A DNA stretch of 64,000 nt from Cenococcum geophilum. Taxonomy: Eukaryota. Positions within the stretch are counted from its first letter, which is position 1. Every line of letters begins with the position of its first letter. Shown here one piece after another: positions 27,191 to 42,324 of this stretch. The position numbers and the translations under genes are program-made. The stretch covers positions 33,170,001 to 33,234,000 of the forward strand of contig CP158635.1 of the NCBI GenBank assembly GCA_050273025.1. Direction: 5' to 3'. The notes below the pieces were generated by a model that was not told where the DNA came from, made no database searches, and worked only from the letters and a program-made list of their open reading frames with translations.

Positions 27191-30100
27191 ATTGTAACTA
27201 TAAAAGGAATTAAGGTTAATTCTAAAAAGGTAAAGGTAATCTATAATTAGGAGCCCTAGTCCTTCTTTAGCTTTTATAACTTCTACTACTAGTTTATCTA
27301 TAACTATAGAATTATAGCAAAAAACCTCTTATATAACTAACTAAGAAGAATACGCCTTTTATTTTTAATAATAGCTATATAAAAGCCTTTAAAGAGATAA
27401 AATATTAGCTTATCTCTTCCTTAATCCTTTATTACTGTAATCTAGACCTTAAATTAATACTAGAAACGGACGCTTCTAATAGGGTTATAGTAGGAATCCT
27501 ATTATAGCTATATCTAGACAGTAAATAGTACCCTATTACCTTTTTTTTTAATAATAAACCTAGCTAAGTATAACTATAAAGTATACAATAAAAAAATGCT
27601 AGCTATTATTTAATTACTCTCTTAATAGCGCGTAGAGCTTAAAGGTATAAACTCCTGGATTAAGATATATACAAATTATAAAGCCTTAGAGTACTTTACA
27701 ACCATAAAACAGCTTACTAAATAATAAGCCTAGTAGGCTAAAATACTCTTCTAATTCTTCTTTATAATTATACATTATTCTAATAAGTAAAACTCTAAGG
27801 CTAATATTTTAACCTAAAGAGAATAAGATATAGGACCCTAGAATAAGCTAAAACCCTAATATTAAATGCGTGCCCTCCTCTATCCTAAATAGCTTAACTT
27901 ATAGATCCTTAAGGATTTAGACTTTTAGTAAAATAAGCTAGCACTAATAAAGGAGTCCTTAGATAAACTAATAGGGCTATTTAACTACCTTCTAACCGCA
28001 AACCGCATAGCTAATACCCTAAAGGCCCTTCGCAATTAAGCTATAAAAAAAAAGGCCCTAATTTTAAAATAGAGGAAGGATTACTCCTATACTAGGAGCG
28101 GCTTATAGTCCCTAATATTAATAATTTATAGACTAAACTAATCCGCGAAGCTTATTACCAAGTTTTTATAGCATACCCTAGTAAGAATAAGACCTATAAA
28201 ATTATTAACTGCCACTACTATTAGCTAAGAATGGTTATAAATATTAATTAATATATATAGAACTGGAAAGACTACTAGAGAGCTACAACCCTATAAGATA
28301 AAACCCTAGGACTACTTAAGCCACTTTTAATACTAAAGCGCCCTTAATAGCATATCTCTATAGACTTTTTTAAACTACCCTTAGACTGTAACAGATATAA
28401 TATAGTTATAGTTATAATTAACCGCTTTAGCAAATACCTAGTCTTAATTCCCTATTATAAGAATATTAATGCTAAAAAGGTAGCCTAGCTATATATTTAC
28501 TATATCTATTAAATTTATAAACTACTAGATACTATTATATCTAATTATAGGCTATAGTTTATATTGGCCTTCTAGAATAAGTTTACCTAAATCCCAGGTA
28601 TTATGCTAAAGCTTTTTATAGCTTACTACTCCTAAACAAATGATTAGACAGAGATTGTAAATTAGTACCTAGATTAAAGGCTTAGGCCCTTTATTAACTA
28701 CTTTTAAGATAACTAGTTTAAACTACTACCCTTAATGGATTACGCCTAAGCAACCTTACTCTATAACTCTATTAAGTTTGCCCCAATTTAGCTAAAAATA
28801 GAATACTTACCTTATATAAACTTTAACTAGAAAAAGCTAGAAGAACCCTAGACTATATAAGAGAAGCTATTCTATAATAAGGCCTAATAGTATACTAAGC
28901 GCTTAAAGGAAGCCTAAATAGTAGCCTATAAAAACTTAGAAAAAGCCTAAAGGTTAATAAAACAGTAGGTAAATAAACACTATTAAGAGCTTAACTTTGC
29001 CCTTAGTAATATAGTCTAGGTTATAACAAGGAATTAAAAGACTAAATAACCTAGCTATAAGCTAGATTACTAAATAGCAGAACTATATAAGGTTCTTAAG
29101 AAGATAGGTAACTTATATAAGGTTGTTACGGAGTAAGTATAAGCAGCGGTAATATATAGCAAGGTAGATATTATTAAGCTATATATATAAACTATATAAG
29201 GAGGTTAAGACGTTATATAAGGAAAGAAGGTAGGAAAATAGGAAGAAAGGGTATATATTATGGACTTGGTTGCTTAATTAATATATATATAGAGCAGAAT
29301 AGGATTTAGGTAGTAGTTCTAGCAGAACTTAGTAGGATTTAGTAGAACTTAGTAGAACTTAGTAGAATATAGTAAAATGTGGCAAGTTGCCGTTAAATTG
29401 TCATTAGATTGCCGTCTTATGGTCGGTCTTTGGTTACTAAGTTAGTGAAAATAGGTAGATATATATAAGGTATTATGGGGGTATCCTATAATAGTACTCC
29501 CCCTTTTAAACTTAAGCTTCTGCAAGATAGGGCTATAGTAGTTCTAGGTAGAGTTTATAAAAGTCTTCTATAGCTTATATAAGTCCTATAGAGTTAACAG
29601 GTTCTTATAAAGGCTTAATAAAGCCTCTCTATTTTATAAGATATATATATTAGCGTTTCCGTTTATTATACTTAATATTATTAATTCTTTTAATAAAGGA
29701 CTTGTTTTTACCATCTACTTTAACTAGTAGGGGAGGGTCTTATATTTATCTGGGCAGGGCATCTAATATAGGAGTAGTAGGGTAAAGGACTAATATATAG
29801 AATATGGGGTGGGTTTTAACCGTATTAGGGAGCTTTAGTTAGTAGGCGTAGGAGGAGATAACCTTCTTAACCTTATAAGGGCCAGCGTTCTTCTAATTAA
29901 GCTTCTTAATAGGTTGTTTTATGTTTAGATTTTTTATATCTAGCTAAACAAAGTTACTAATTTAGTAGGCCGGTGCTAGGGTTTGTTTCTTATTTGCTGC
30001 GGCTTTATAGATAAATTAAGCCTATATTATTTTGTTAGTAAGAAACTGTTATAGTTCCTCTATCTTCTCTATAAATTTTATTTCCTTTTATAACTTATAA

Positions 30101-32612
30101 GGCGTAATAAGTAGGGCGAGGAACATTACTAAAGGGTTTAAACCCTATTTATAGATACTAGCCGTAGTTAGCTAGGAATAGGGAGACCTTTATAGTTTCT
30201 AAGGCGGAATTATTTATAGTGAACTTAGTAAATATAAGCTAATTGATCCAGTTATCTTATAAGTACGACGTATATATCCGAATATACTATTCTATTATAG
30301 TATTTACACGTTCTATTTAGCTATCTATTTCTAAGTGGTATACTATAGATAATAGTACTTTAATATAGAGTTAGGTAGTTAGTTCTTTCTAAAATATAGA
30401 GATAAACTAGCTGCCTTTATTAGAGATAATTATTTTAGGGAGTCTATAGAGTTTCTATATATAATCTAGAAATAGTTAGGCAATGGTAAGTATTAATATA
30501 TTAGGGCAGGCAATTAAATATCTTATCTTAGATAGTTAGTCTATAACTACTATAATATTTATACAGCCCTTACTTATAGAAAGGTTAATAATAAAGTTAA
30601 TTAAGATATCCTTTTATCTTTAGTTTAGAATAGGTAGTGGCTTTAAAAGGCCGTTATACGTCTTATATAAAGCTTTAGCTTATTAGTAAATATAGCAGCT
30701 AGAGATATACCTTTATATTATATTATACATATTTAGCTAATAGTATTCTTATTAGAGTAGTTCTAGGGTTTTTCCTTAGCCTAGGTGGTTGGCTACTAAT
30801 AAATTATATACGTGTTTAAGGAGCTTAAGCTTAAGTTTATTATAATTAGGGATAACTAGACGGTTTTAGTAATATAAGCGGTTTCCGCAAGCTTTATATT
30901 TACTTAGAGAGATCTTCTTAAAGCGTCTAACGCCGTTATGGATTAGCTTAAGCGTCTCTTAGATAAACTTATTATTTAGGTATTTATCTATTATAATCTA
31001 TTTAATTAATTAATTAGTTATTTTAAGGACGTATACTATAAGGTCTTTAGTAAAAGGGTTAAATAGTTTAGGATAAAGTAGGGTTTAGTTTTAGTAAGAG
31101 CGCGCTTCTTCTAGTACTAGCGCGTCTTATAAATATTAGGTTAAAGTATTAGGCTTTTAACCTTAAACGCCTAGCCGGTATATAATTAAGAATTAAAAAT
31201 AGGATAGATATTTTAACTAGCGGGCCTAATAATGGCTTAGCTATTTTATGGTTATAAAGTACTATAGATTCTTATAGTCGCTAAGGACCTTAATTAGAAA
31301 TCCGGCGCCTTTTAGTTTGGGTTACTATTATTTAAAACATTTAATAATAGCTAGTAACTCCTTATTATAGATTTTATAGTTATATTTAGCTAGGTATAAT
31401 TATTTTAAGTAGTATGCTATAAGGTATAATACTCTATCTTTGTTATACTAAGACATAATACCTCTAGTAATATAGTCGGGTAAGTTAGCTTCTATAATAC
31501 TTATTTAGTTTAGGTTAAAGTATTAAAGTATAGGCGCGGTAGTAATAAGAAGCCTAAAGTATAGGACTTTTATTTTATAGAATTTGTATTTATCTATATC
31601 TAATTATAGACTAGCTCCTTATAGGGCTTATAGGATAAGATTAACGTGTTTTTAGTATTTGGTTAGGTTATTACTATATATTAAGATGTTATTAATATAA
31701 GTAGTATAGAAGATATTTAGGTAAGGATATAGGGTATTATTTACGTAATATTAAAATAAGCTTAGAGCGTTTATAAGGCTAAAGGGTATTACTAAGTACT
31801 TAAATAATCTATATCGAGTATAAAATGAAGTAAGCTATTTATCTCCTTTTATAATATAGAGGCGGTTAAATATAGAGATAATATTAAGCTTTATGTAGAA
31901 GCGAGCTTTATTTAGTTAATTTAGCATCTCTTATATTAGCGGGATTAGATATTAGTTCTTAACAGTAACCGCATTAAGAGCTTAGTAGTTTATATAGAAG
32001 TATAGTCCGCCGCCTAGTTTCTTAATAAAGATTAATAGTGCAGTTATAGGTAAAGAGCTTACTTTAATAAATCCTTTACTTAAGTTCTTATCTAGATATT
32101 TCCGTAGTACTTAGAGTTTATTTTAGGATATTCCGTATAGGGGTCTAAATCTAGGCTGCTTTCCTTCTTTAAGTATAATCTTATAGTTATATAATTGGTA
32201 TTTTAGTAGCTTATTAGCTTCCTTCTATAAAAATACTTTTAGGTGATTATAGTACTCTACTAGTACCTTTATAGCAGGGTTAGTGTACTTCTTTAGTACT
32301 AAGGCCTTCTTAATATTAGCTATAGTAACAGTAAAGATCGTATATTTAGGTTTCTTAGCGAGTTGCACTAGTAGAATAGCTCTAATTATATAGATATCTA
32401 GGGCGTTAAGCGGGCTTTAGTTATCTGTAGTTTTTTATATAGTTCCTTACTTAATTTTAGGTTCGGTATTAGGTATAGAGTTAGTATTAGATTTAAGGTT
32501 AGGTTCTTTAAGTATTCTTTTTATTATAGAGTACTAGTTCTTTTAGTAGTTTTATATACTAAGCTTAAGCTTCTACTTAGTTTAGGGCGGTATAGTACTT
32601 AGGGTCTATTTA

Positions 32613-35600
32613 AGCTCGGACCCCCGGAACTTGGTCACTATACCAAAATTAACTTACCTATTTTCTCCATAATAAGTTAATTAATATAGACCAAAATTAG
32701 CAGAACTTATAAATGACTATTGTAGATTCCAAATCTGGTGTTTATAAGCCTGCGCGAAAAGCCGTGCTTGCATATAGTGTCCCTTTGTCGATTTTAAGCG
32801 ATTAATTAAATAGCAAGCTATTAACCCGATTTATATATATAATTAACTCCTATATAGGAGGTCTTGTTTATAAATTGAATACTTAAATAGGACCTATAAA
32901 GATTTACTCCCTTATATTTATAATTCTAAAAAAATAGTAGCTTAAATACCTAGTTAAAATAGTAATACTAAGCCCTTTAGTAAAATATAGATAATTAGCC
33001 ATTTTAACCAAAATCTTATTATTAAATATTAAACTATATAGTTAATAAAAAAGATATAGATTAATAGGGCATAATTAAAGCAAATTTAAAGGTTTTATAA
33101 TCTTTATAAGAGGGGTAAAAGGGAAGGCTAATATAGAGGTAAAAAAAACCTATAATATAGATGAATTTAGAGTGATATTATGTATATATATAAACCTAAT
33201 TACTATAAGAGGTGCCTATAAAAAGGAGGCTTTTATATAGTTACTAAATAACTATAAATATATGTCTATTACAGGGGTAATATTTACCCCTAGTTAATTA
33301 ATTAATTTTTATTATTACTAATATAGTTATACTAAGCTAAAATGCCTTATTAGACATATATAGCCTTAAGAAATAATTACCTAATTAATTTTATTATATT
33401 TAGGTTATTTCTTAAACTTTTTTTTAACTTAAAACCAAATTATTTAGTAATAAACCCTAATTATTTTTACTTAATAGCTATATAAGCTATTATATAATTA
33501 AGTTTTTATTAAAATATAAATTATTTAATATAATAATAAATTCAATTTACCGCCCGTTTCGGTCCCCCTAGTGGGTCTATATAGGCTAATACCTTCTATA
33601 GGAAAAACTCTAACTTAGAGAAAACCCTACCTTGGGCCGCGCTGGAGAGATAGCAGCGTTCTAATATTGGAGCGCCGGCGGCTCGCCTTTTACCTGCCTT
33701 TAAGTCTGCATATTAAGCCAACTAGCCGCGCTTCGCGGACAATCTTACTCTACCCCCTTCTTTCCTTATCCTTTTACCCTTATTCTTTTACCAGCCCTCT
33801 AGGCTTTAAAAGGGCTGGTATTTACTTATATCCTTTATATCTATTACCTTTACTACCTAAAACTAGGGTAACGCACCTAACTATACTAGCCATTTTGCTG
33901 CCGCTTAGGCGCTTTCTTTATTATTTAAAATATCCTAAAGGCGTTTAGAGGCGCATTTTGCTATAAAGTCTGCCCTTTAGTAGTGTGGATACTGGAATAG
34001 TATATAGTAAACTATCTGCCTTATTTAGCTATATTCGCACTATAGGAGAACCGCTAGTATACCGACGGATGCAAGCTATATATTAAGCCCTATTACCTCT
34101 ATACGAAGAAGAAATAGTGCTATAGCCTCTACTTTTGTTAGGCCTTTATATAATAGGATTATAGGTTTCCCCTATAGGGTCTTTTATATAGTTTTTATGC
34201 GGTCTTTAGCCTTTACCTACTACCGTTATTACTATTCTAAATCTGCCCATTTCGCGATAAAGGTAGTTACCTGCCTTTAGTGCTGGTGACCTCCTATATA
34301 GTGGCGGCGCTCCACCTACGCTCTACCGGTATTCCGCTGGCCGCGCTTATAGGGGTTTATTGTAGCTTCCCGCTCTATATAGTCCTTCTAGTACGCGAGG
34401 AAGCCTTATATCTTATTTTTATGGTCCTTTACGCGTTCCCTAAGCGCTTCTAATAATACTAGTAGCCGTTTTATTTTTTACTGGCGCTTTACTAATATAT
34501 TCTAAATACCGTTAAGTACCTCTACTAATTCCTTTTCTACCCTATTAAAGGCCGTCTTAGCGGCTCTTTAAAGGGCTATCGTTTCAATATAGAGTTGGAT
34601 TGGGGGAATAGCCGCTTCCTTCTCTATTGCAGCTATTAGTGTTTACTGGTATGCCCCTATAACCCTATGGAGACACTAGTTCTAGACTTTCTATAGTGGT
34701 TTAAGTAAGCTTTTCGCTAGCGTTCCGCCGTCGTCCTATACTCCCCACACTTAGGCGCTATATAGCATCGCTAGTCGGACGGTGGCTGTATATAGGAGGC
34801 GTAAGCGGCGCATTAATGGGCCCTATATAGACGCGGTAATCCTTAATATCGCTTTAAAGGCTGCTAAGCCCTTACTCGCGGCCTTTTTAACCTATTCTTT
34901 TTATTGGAGCTTAGGGTCTACCTAGATCCCTAGAACTCGCATACTGGTTTTCTAAGGGGCTGTCTCGCAGCCGGCGATACGCACGGTAGACGCGAGGTCT
35001 GCGGTGGCGTAGCGCTGTCGCTTTATAAAGTGCATAAGCTAGTACTTCTTAGGGGCGAACGCCGCCCTATATCAATTTGCCTATACAATATAGCAGTTAT
35101 AGGCGGCCTCTAATTATTAATAGTTCTCTGCCGTGGAGTCCCCCTAAGTAATAAGGTTTATATTATCTATAAAGCTAAACCCTAGCGTGCCGCTGTTAGG
35201 GCGCTAGAATTCCTCTAACAGCTTTAATATAAAAAAGAGGAATAAGATTAGTAATAAGGGTAACCCCTAGGGGATACCTGTCTGTGTCTAAATCTAGTTG
35301 CTCTCGTATCCTATAAACTTAATGTAGGTTTTATATACTATTAGGAAGCTTTATACGAAGTTTATAAGCTACTTTAAAAAGCCTTTTTTTTTAGAATATG
35401 GAGGAGCCTTTTATAGGAGACGTTGTTAAATGCCCCTGCTAAGTCTAGGCTTAGCATTAACACCACATACCTGCGGCGTGTTTGCTACGCCGTCTATACG
35501 CAAGAGCTAAGTAGTCCTACCGCTAATAGTATAGATCGTTTACGCCTTGCTCCTATCTAGTTTTAAGGGAGTAGCCTATGCTCCTCCGCAGCCTTAGATA

Positions 35601-38600
35601 TAATGTTGGCTATATACTTTTCTAGGACTTTTACTAGCGTGTTTTTAAGGGCAATTGGTCTATAGCTACCTAGGAAAGAGTAGTCTTTCTTTTCTTCTTT
35701 ACGTAACACCACAGTTATGGATTCTTTAAGGCTTTTTAGTATTATTCCGCTGGTAAAGCAATAACTAGCTACTTTTGCTAAATCTTTTATAATAATTAGG
35801 GCAGCCACTTTAAGGACCTTATTTAGTATACTATTTAGCCCTAGGGCTTTTCCATTTAGGAGACTTCTAATAAGCTTACCGATTTCTTCTATTAAGATAG
35901 TAGGGCTAATATTAAGCACATTTTGTTCCCTTATTGTCTCTATATCACTAAGGTCTACTATTCTAGTTTTAGGAAAGAACTTAGCTGCAAGGATATCGGC
36001 CTTTGTGATATTATTATCTATTAAGGGATCCTTAGTAGACCTCCTAAGGTCTAGTAGATAGGGGTCCGCCTTTGCTACGCTTACTTTTTTACTCCATTTT
36101 AATAGAGTCTAAAGTCCCTTATTATATGGTTTTAATTAATCTTTAGTAAGTTTATAAATAAAGCGTCTTTAGTTATTACAACTAACTCTCCTAGTCTCTT
36201 TTTATAGTTAATTATTTAATGCTAAATATCTTTAGTAGTCCTTAGGGTTGTTATAAGCTTAGAGCTGTCGTCGCGCCTATTAGGCGCCAGCGTGGAGCTA
36301 TATGGCCTATAGCAACTATTCTTAACGGGCCTACCGGCTAGGCTATGCTTATAGGCAGTATTCTTTAAGTGCTTACTTAATCCCTTCCTAAAGGGCTTAA
36401 AAGGGGTCTTTAGATATAGTCTAGTTAAGCTCCTAGATGCTTTGGAGAAAGCCCTATAAGTTTAGCTTCTTAAGGGCGAGGCGCTGGCGTTCTGCTAGCG
36501 GATAGCCGGCGTTATTAATTTGGATGCGGATTGGTATATAGTCTCTTATAAGGGCCTATTCCTTAACTATACTATAAAAGTTAACTTTTCTGTATAGATC
36601 TGGTGATATAAATATAAGGTCTATTACACTCTCCTATTACCCTCTTTTTTATATAGGCTCTCCTTTTAGTGTAGCGAGTACTAAGCCTTTAGCATTAGTT
36701 TCGGCCAAAAGGCGTTCTGCCTGCTCTTCGCTAGCTATATGCTTTCCACCCTATATTAGATAGTAGGCGTTAAAGTTACCTAAGAGTATAATTTCTCCCT
36801 TAGCTTCCTTAATAGCCATTTTAACCTTAGGCTATGCCCTAATCTAAGGGCCATCTTCGCGCGGGTTATAGATATTGATAATTATAGCCTCTAGCCCCTT
36901 TAGGCGTACCTAGAGGGCTATAATAAAGGGGCCGTACTATTTACGCTTCTAATACGCAGCGTTAATATTCCGGCTAATTATAAAGCAGACCTTTATTATG
37001 GGGAGAGCGTTATATATAAGTGTAAATCCCCTAGGGTAGTATATTAATTTAGTGTATTTATTATATACTGGCTTCTAGATTATAAGGACCTAGTAGTCCA
37101 CTAATATAACGCTGTTAAAGAAGGGGCGACACGCCCCTTGGTTTACATTTCTGTAGTTATACTAGATAATTATATACTTACTTATTTAAAGTGGGTATAG
37201 GCTTATCTATATCTATATCCTGTTCCTTATTATTTTCGCTATTAACTATTATTACTCTATTAGCGTGAAGCCGGAGCCTTAATTGTAATCTGTCTCTGCT
37301 TACTATTTTAATAAAAGATAGTTTACCTGGTCCCCGTTTAAGTAGTTATTCTTAAATCTTTAGGTAAAACATTTCCCGTCCTCTTTTCTTATTAGTGCTA
37401 ATTATAAGGTTTCCTAGTATTAAGGGTTAGTATATTATTTCTACGGCTTCTTATATATAGAGTAACTGCGTTAAAAGGGCCATCCTTTTTATTTAGATAC
37501 CTTTAAGGTAGCTTTAAAAGGTCCTATACTTTTTTCTTTACTATACTTTATAGGCTTTACCGCAGTTAATATAGGATACCCTTTTCTTAGGGCAATCTGT
37601 GGTGTTATATAGTCCCGCATATTACCTATATTTTATTTACTTTCCGTATACGCTTTATATATACCCCTATTAATTATAGCGGTAGTATTACTTTATAATT
37701 ACGCTATTCTTAAATAGCCTAGTCTTAAAAAGCTAGGATTTAATAACTATCCTACTTTTTATAATCTTTTACTAAATTGCTTGGGTTAGGACGCCAATTA
37801 TAATTATTTCCCTAGTCTTCTTAGGTTCTCTCTAGGCGCTGCTAGAGTTTGCCTAGCATTTCGCCTGCGCTTTAGGGTTATATAGCTATTAGATCTAGCT
37901 AATAGCTATCCTAAGCATAAGGCGCTTTATAGCTTTATAAATAGATTAAATTAATTCTAAATTATCTGTGTCCCTTCTACTATTAATTAGAGTCTTAAGT
38001 GGGACTCCTAGTACTTTTAGGAGGTAATCTTTCCTTAGTATTCTAAGTCCTAGTGCGTCTGGCCCGTTTAGGATTTAGTCCTTTATTATTTAAGAGGGGA
38101 TATAGATATCTACGTCCCCACTATTAAGGGTGCGTACGGCGTATACGCTTAGTATTATTCTCTAAATAGTCTTAAGAAGCTCCCCTAGTTTGTGGCCCTG
38201 GGGCTCCTTAAGCCGGACGCGTATACTCGCTCTCTGTGGTGCCGCAACTACGTTTACCGTGCGGGCCGCCTGCGCAGCGACGGCTGCTTAGGTTTGGACC
38301 TGTACTAGGGGAACTCCTAGGCCTAGGGGTCCTCCTTTACGCGTTTCTTTTTAGATTTTCTTAATACTAGCTTTAATTCGGTTAAGCTAGGCCTTAGTTT
38401 TTTATTCTTAGGTTATTTGGGGGACTAGACGCGTTAAGAGGGCTTTAATATACTATATTGCCTCTTAAATAAAGGCAAGTATTTAGTGCTATAGAGTTTC
38501 TTCCTCCTCTTTTATAAGATCGTCTTTAATTTATTTAAGTATTTCCTTTAGTTTTTACTATTACTAGCAGCTGTCCTTTTCGCGTTATTGCCTACCTAGT

Positions 38601-39621
38601 TCGTGGTTTAGTTCCTGCGCGTCACGACTCTTACAACTTTAGCGGGAAGCCTACGCCCCTCCGTCGTCCCCTATGCTCTAAATAGGGGCGACGTGGTTTT
38701 ATAGGGTTTCTTGGTGCGGGGAATAGGATTCCGATATCGGGTTGCTTTATTAAGTGGTTTTGGGCTAGTTTCGCTGCTATTGCGGCTTTTTTTTAAATTT
38801 TGGCAGCTATATATATAATTATTTAATATATAACTTATTTTTTTACTACTTTATTTAATATAGTAACCTTTAAATTTATAATATTTCTCCTTTATTAAAT
38901 AAAAATATTAGGAGTAGATTATAAAGCTTATATTTCTTAATAATATAGCTTTAATTAAGAAGTACTACTTTACTAAGTATTACTATAAGACCTAAAGGGA
39001 AGGTCTTATGGCAAAGATAATTAAATTTAGATAGTATATCTTTAGTAGTTATCTATAAAATCTATATAATAGCTTAAATTTTTTATAGGTCAAAAATAAA
39101 GCTTTAATAGAGGTCCTAAGCCTTAAATAGGCTAGTAATAATTAGGTTAACATTATAGTTACCATAAAGAAGCCCTATAATAGATATTAAATAGATATAC
39201 ACTTAATTAAAGATTTAGTTATTTTTATAAAAAGTAAATCAATAACTTCAGCAGCTTATTATAAAGGCTATATATATAGACCCTTAAATATATAGCCTGC
39301 AATTATAACTTAAAGACCTTAAAAGCGTAAAAATTTATAGGTAAGTACCTGTAGATCTAAATATAGACTCTAAATATAGAGATGGAATTAAGGAAGCTAT
39401 AGAGGAGATAGAGGAGAAATAGGCTAAAATAAGGGCAAAGGAGTTAAAATCAAAGCCTTATAAGGTGTTAGCTAGAAAGAGCGAAGTCAATATATTAAAT
39501 ATCATATAGGGGTAAATAGTTAATTTGATTTAGTTGGGTGTAGATAGCTTCCAAAGTGTTATAACCGATTTTGGTGGGGTAACCGAGTTTGGGCGGTAAC
39601 TGAGTTCTGGGGGTCCGAGCT
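32613..39621 (+). mobile_element. Tc1/mariner-superfamily (Pogo/Fot1-like) DNA transposon F, nested in E and interrupted by LINE G
   Basis: Terminal inverted repeats agctcggacccccggaacttggtcac / gtaactgagttctgggggtccgagct, each flanked by TA; subterminal taaccga repeats 39562-39603; ~1.7 kb net length; degenerate transposase from ~32713. Confidence 0.85.
33533..38816 (-). mobile_element. Non-LTR retrotransposon G (LINE, Tad1-like), apparently full length, RIP'd
   Basis: 14-bp TSD aattatttaatata (33519-33532 / 38817-38830); ORF1 ~38674-37200; ORF2 with endonuclease, RT (ORF 35563-35919, SYRPIALKNTLVKVLEK) and C-terminal CCHC remnant ~34000-34050. Confidence 0.9.
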
Positions 39622-42223
39622 TATAGGGTTTAGTGGAATTTTTATATCCTTAATAGATATTGGTAGAAATCTTATATTAGTAGAATTTAGTAAAATTCCT
39701 AGCTTAGTAAAATCTAGTAAATTCCTTAGGCGTAGGGTAGATATTAGTAGAAATCTTAGGCTAATAGATTTTAGTAAATTTCCTAAATTTTAGTTTAGGG
39801 TTAGGATAGTGCGTTATAAGGCACTTCTACTTATAATAGGAGGCGGTAAATAGAAGCTTAAGGTTATTTTAATTAATAGTTACCTTATATAGCTTTATTT
39901 AGGGTTATTTAAGGATTATTAGGTAACCTAAGATAGTAATAAAGAGCTTAATTAGTTCTTTATAGTTTAGGTATTAAAGTCTTAGGTATACTATATAGGT
40001 AATTTAGCCTAAAACCGTGCGTTTTCTATTAAATCTAAATACGTTAATATACTAGTTAAGGAGGGTTAGGGTAAAACTATTATCTTACGCGAAGATCTTA
40101 TTAATAAATCCTATATTACTAACTTCTATATTAATTAGGACTTAAGTATTAGCCTATTAATTATTCTACTAAAGATAATAGTTAACGGTTATGCTACGAT
40201 TCTAAAAGTTAGAGTTTATAATATCTAAAGTATTTAATAAAATCCTAAGGCAGAGCCGTTTTAAAGAGCAACTTAACTCTAAAATATACCTTTTAGTAGT
40301 AAGCAGGAAGGGGTTCCTATAAAATATTAGTTATAGCTTCGCCCTTATAAGTAGTGCTTATTAGATATAGGGCTATAACTAAGTAAAAATTAGGGGCGGT
40401 AAACGGTTGCTAGTATTAGCTGTTTATAAATTGTGTTTAGGTATAGGGATAAAGCAGTAGTTAGAGAGGTAGAAGTTACTTCTGTATTTAAAGCAGAGGC
40501 CTAGCTTAATACGTTATTCTTATTTAAAGGACTCTAGTAGGGCGTATCCTAGAGTTCTAGTGTTAATATCTATAGCGTTAAGGTGCTTAAATTAAGATAA
40601 CTTAGTAGACGTTTGTAGGGCTATTATATTATATTAAGGAGCGTATTTCGGTATTAGGCGTAGTATATTATTATACCGTTTATTAATAACGTTTGCACAG
40701 GTATTAAGGGCTTTTAGTAGGTCTACACCTATTAGGGAGGTTTTTAGTTTAGGGCTTAGGGATTTAATAAAGCTGTTAACTAGTATAGAGTTGTTTTAGC
40801 TAGTTTCCTTTACGTAATAGTTAAATTCGAAGAAGTATACTAGGAAACTTTTCGTTCCTTAAGCTATATAGTTTATTTTCCTCTAAGTAGTAGCTTAGCG
40901 GTTTAGGTTACTATATATAGCTTTAAGAAGTATAACTAAGCTTTATACTAAGTTCGGTTAAAGAGGTTTAATAAGGTTAGCTACCTTTCCTTTTAGTTAA
41001 CTTAGGGCGTAATAGAGTTAGTTAGCTTTAGTTAGGTAACGGTTAGCGTTACTAATTAGCTTATTTTTAAGCTAGCTTAAAAATAATTAAAGCTCTTATT
41101 ATTTACCGGTAAATACTAGGAGATTTAGTAGTTATTTGGATTGTTATAGTATAGTAGTCGGCTTAGGGTAAAAGACTACTATAGGTTTAGGGCTTGCGTT
41201 CCGCATATTTATCTCTAGAGAAGGCGTTTAGTCTTAAGGTCCTAGTATAGGCATCTTAAGGGTATAGATTTCTTCTTAAAGGTCCTTAATTAATTGCTAG
41301 TATTATACTTCTTATTTGGCTTATTGTTAATTTAAAATGGCTTAGTTCTATATAAAGGCGTCTATAAAAGACTTCTATATCCCTACTGATTGTTTTTAGA
41401 GTATAGGTATAATACTAGCGGCCATTATAGGAGTTTTAGGTTTGTTCTGCATATTAATAGTAGTATAGGTAGTTAACGTAATATAGTATTACAGAGTAAG
41501 TATAAGCGGCGATAATATATAGTAAGATAGATATTATTAAGCTATATATATAAACTATATAAGAAGGCTAAGACGTTATATAAGGAAATAAGGTAGGAAA
41601 ATAGGAAAAAAGGGTATATATTATGGACTTAGTTGCTTAGTTAATATATATATAGAGTAGAATAGGATTTAGGTGGTAGTCCTAGCAAAACTTAGCAAGA
41701 TTTAGTAGAACTTAGTAAAACTTAGTGGAATATAGTAGAATATAGCAAGTTATTATTAGATTGCCGTTAGATTGCCGTCTTATAGTTAGTCTTTAGTTGC
41801 TAAGTTAGTAGAAATAGGTAAATATATATAAGGTGTTACGGGGGTATCCTGTAACAAAGGTAAAGCTCCTAAATTTAATTAAAGTTTACTCTATTTTCTT
41901 ACTAGATAAGCTATAAAAGGCTATAAATAACCTATTACCCAGATAAAAGAATAAGCCTCCCTTACTAATTTAAGTAAACGGTAATAATAAATAGGAAGTT
42001 AATAAAATAGTAGCCTATAAGATAGTATAGAGAATACTAAAATACTATATTTAATAGAAGGGCTATAACTTGGACCTAACCTAGTACTCTATAAAACTTT
42101 ATAAGCTGCCCTTAAAAGCTTAAAGAGTTTTATAACTAATACCCTAATATACCTAGACCCCTAAAGTACCTAAAAAAGTAGATAGAATGCTGGTATAATA
42201 AAGATAATAAGCTACTAAAAGAA

Positions 42224-42324
42224 TGTAAGAGTATATATATTAGGTCCCGTCGCGCTTGCGACAAGTTCGCAAGCACTCTCAGTCTTTTTGGCCGTATGGC
42301 GACGTGGAGGCGGGCCACGTTACA
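42224..42324. mobile_element. 101-bp solo LTR inserted in A'
   Basis: TGTAA...TTACA ends; TSD AAGAA (42219-42223 / 42325-42329); absent from the homologous site in A (~18900). Confidence 0.8.

Larger units (their letters stand above)
29124..41856 (-). mobile_element. Ty3/Gypsy LTR retrotransposon E (full length, RIP'd), nested in A'
   Basis: 370-bp LTRs 29124-29493 and 41487-41856; TSD AAGGT (29119-29123 / 41857-41861); minus-strand PPT ~29494-29510; RT YINN (=YIDD) ~31690; gag ~41430-40400. Confidence 0.94.
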
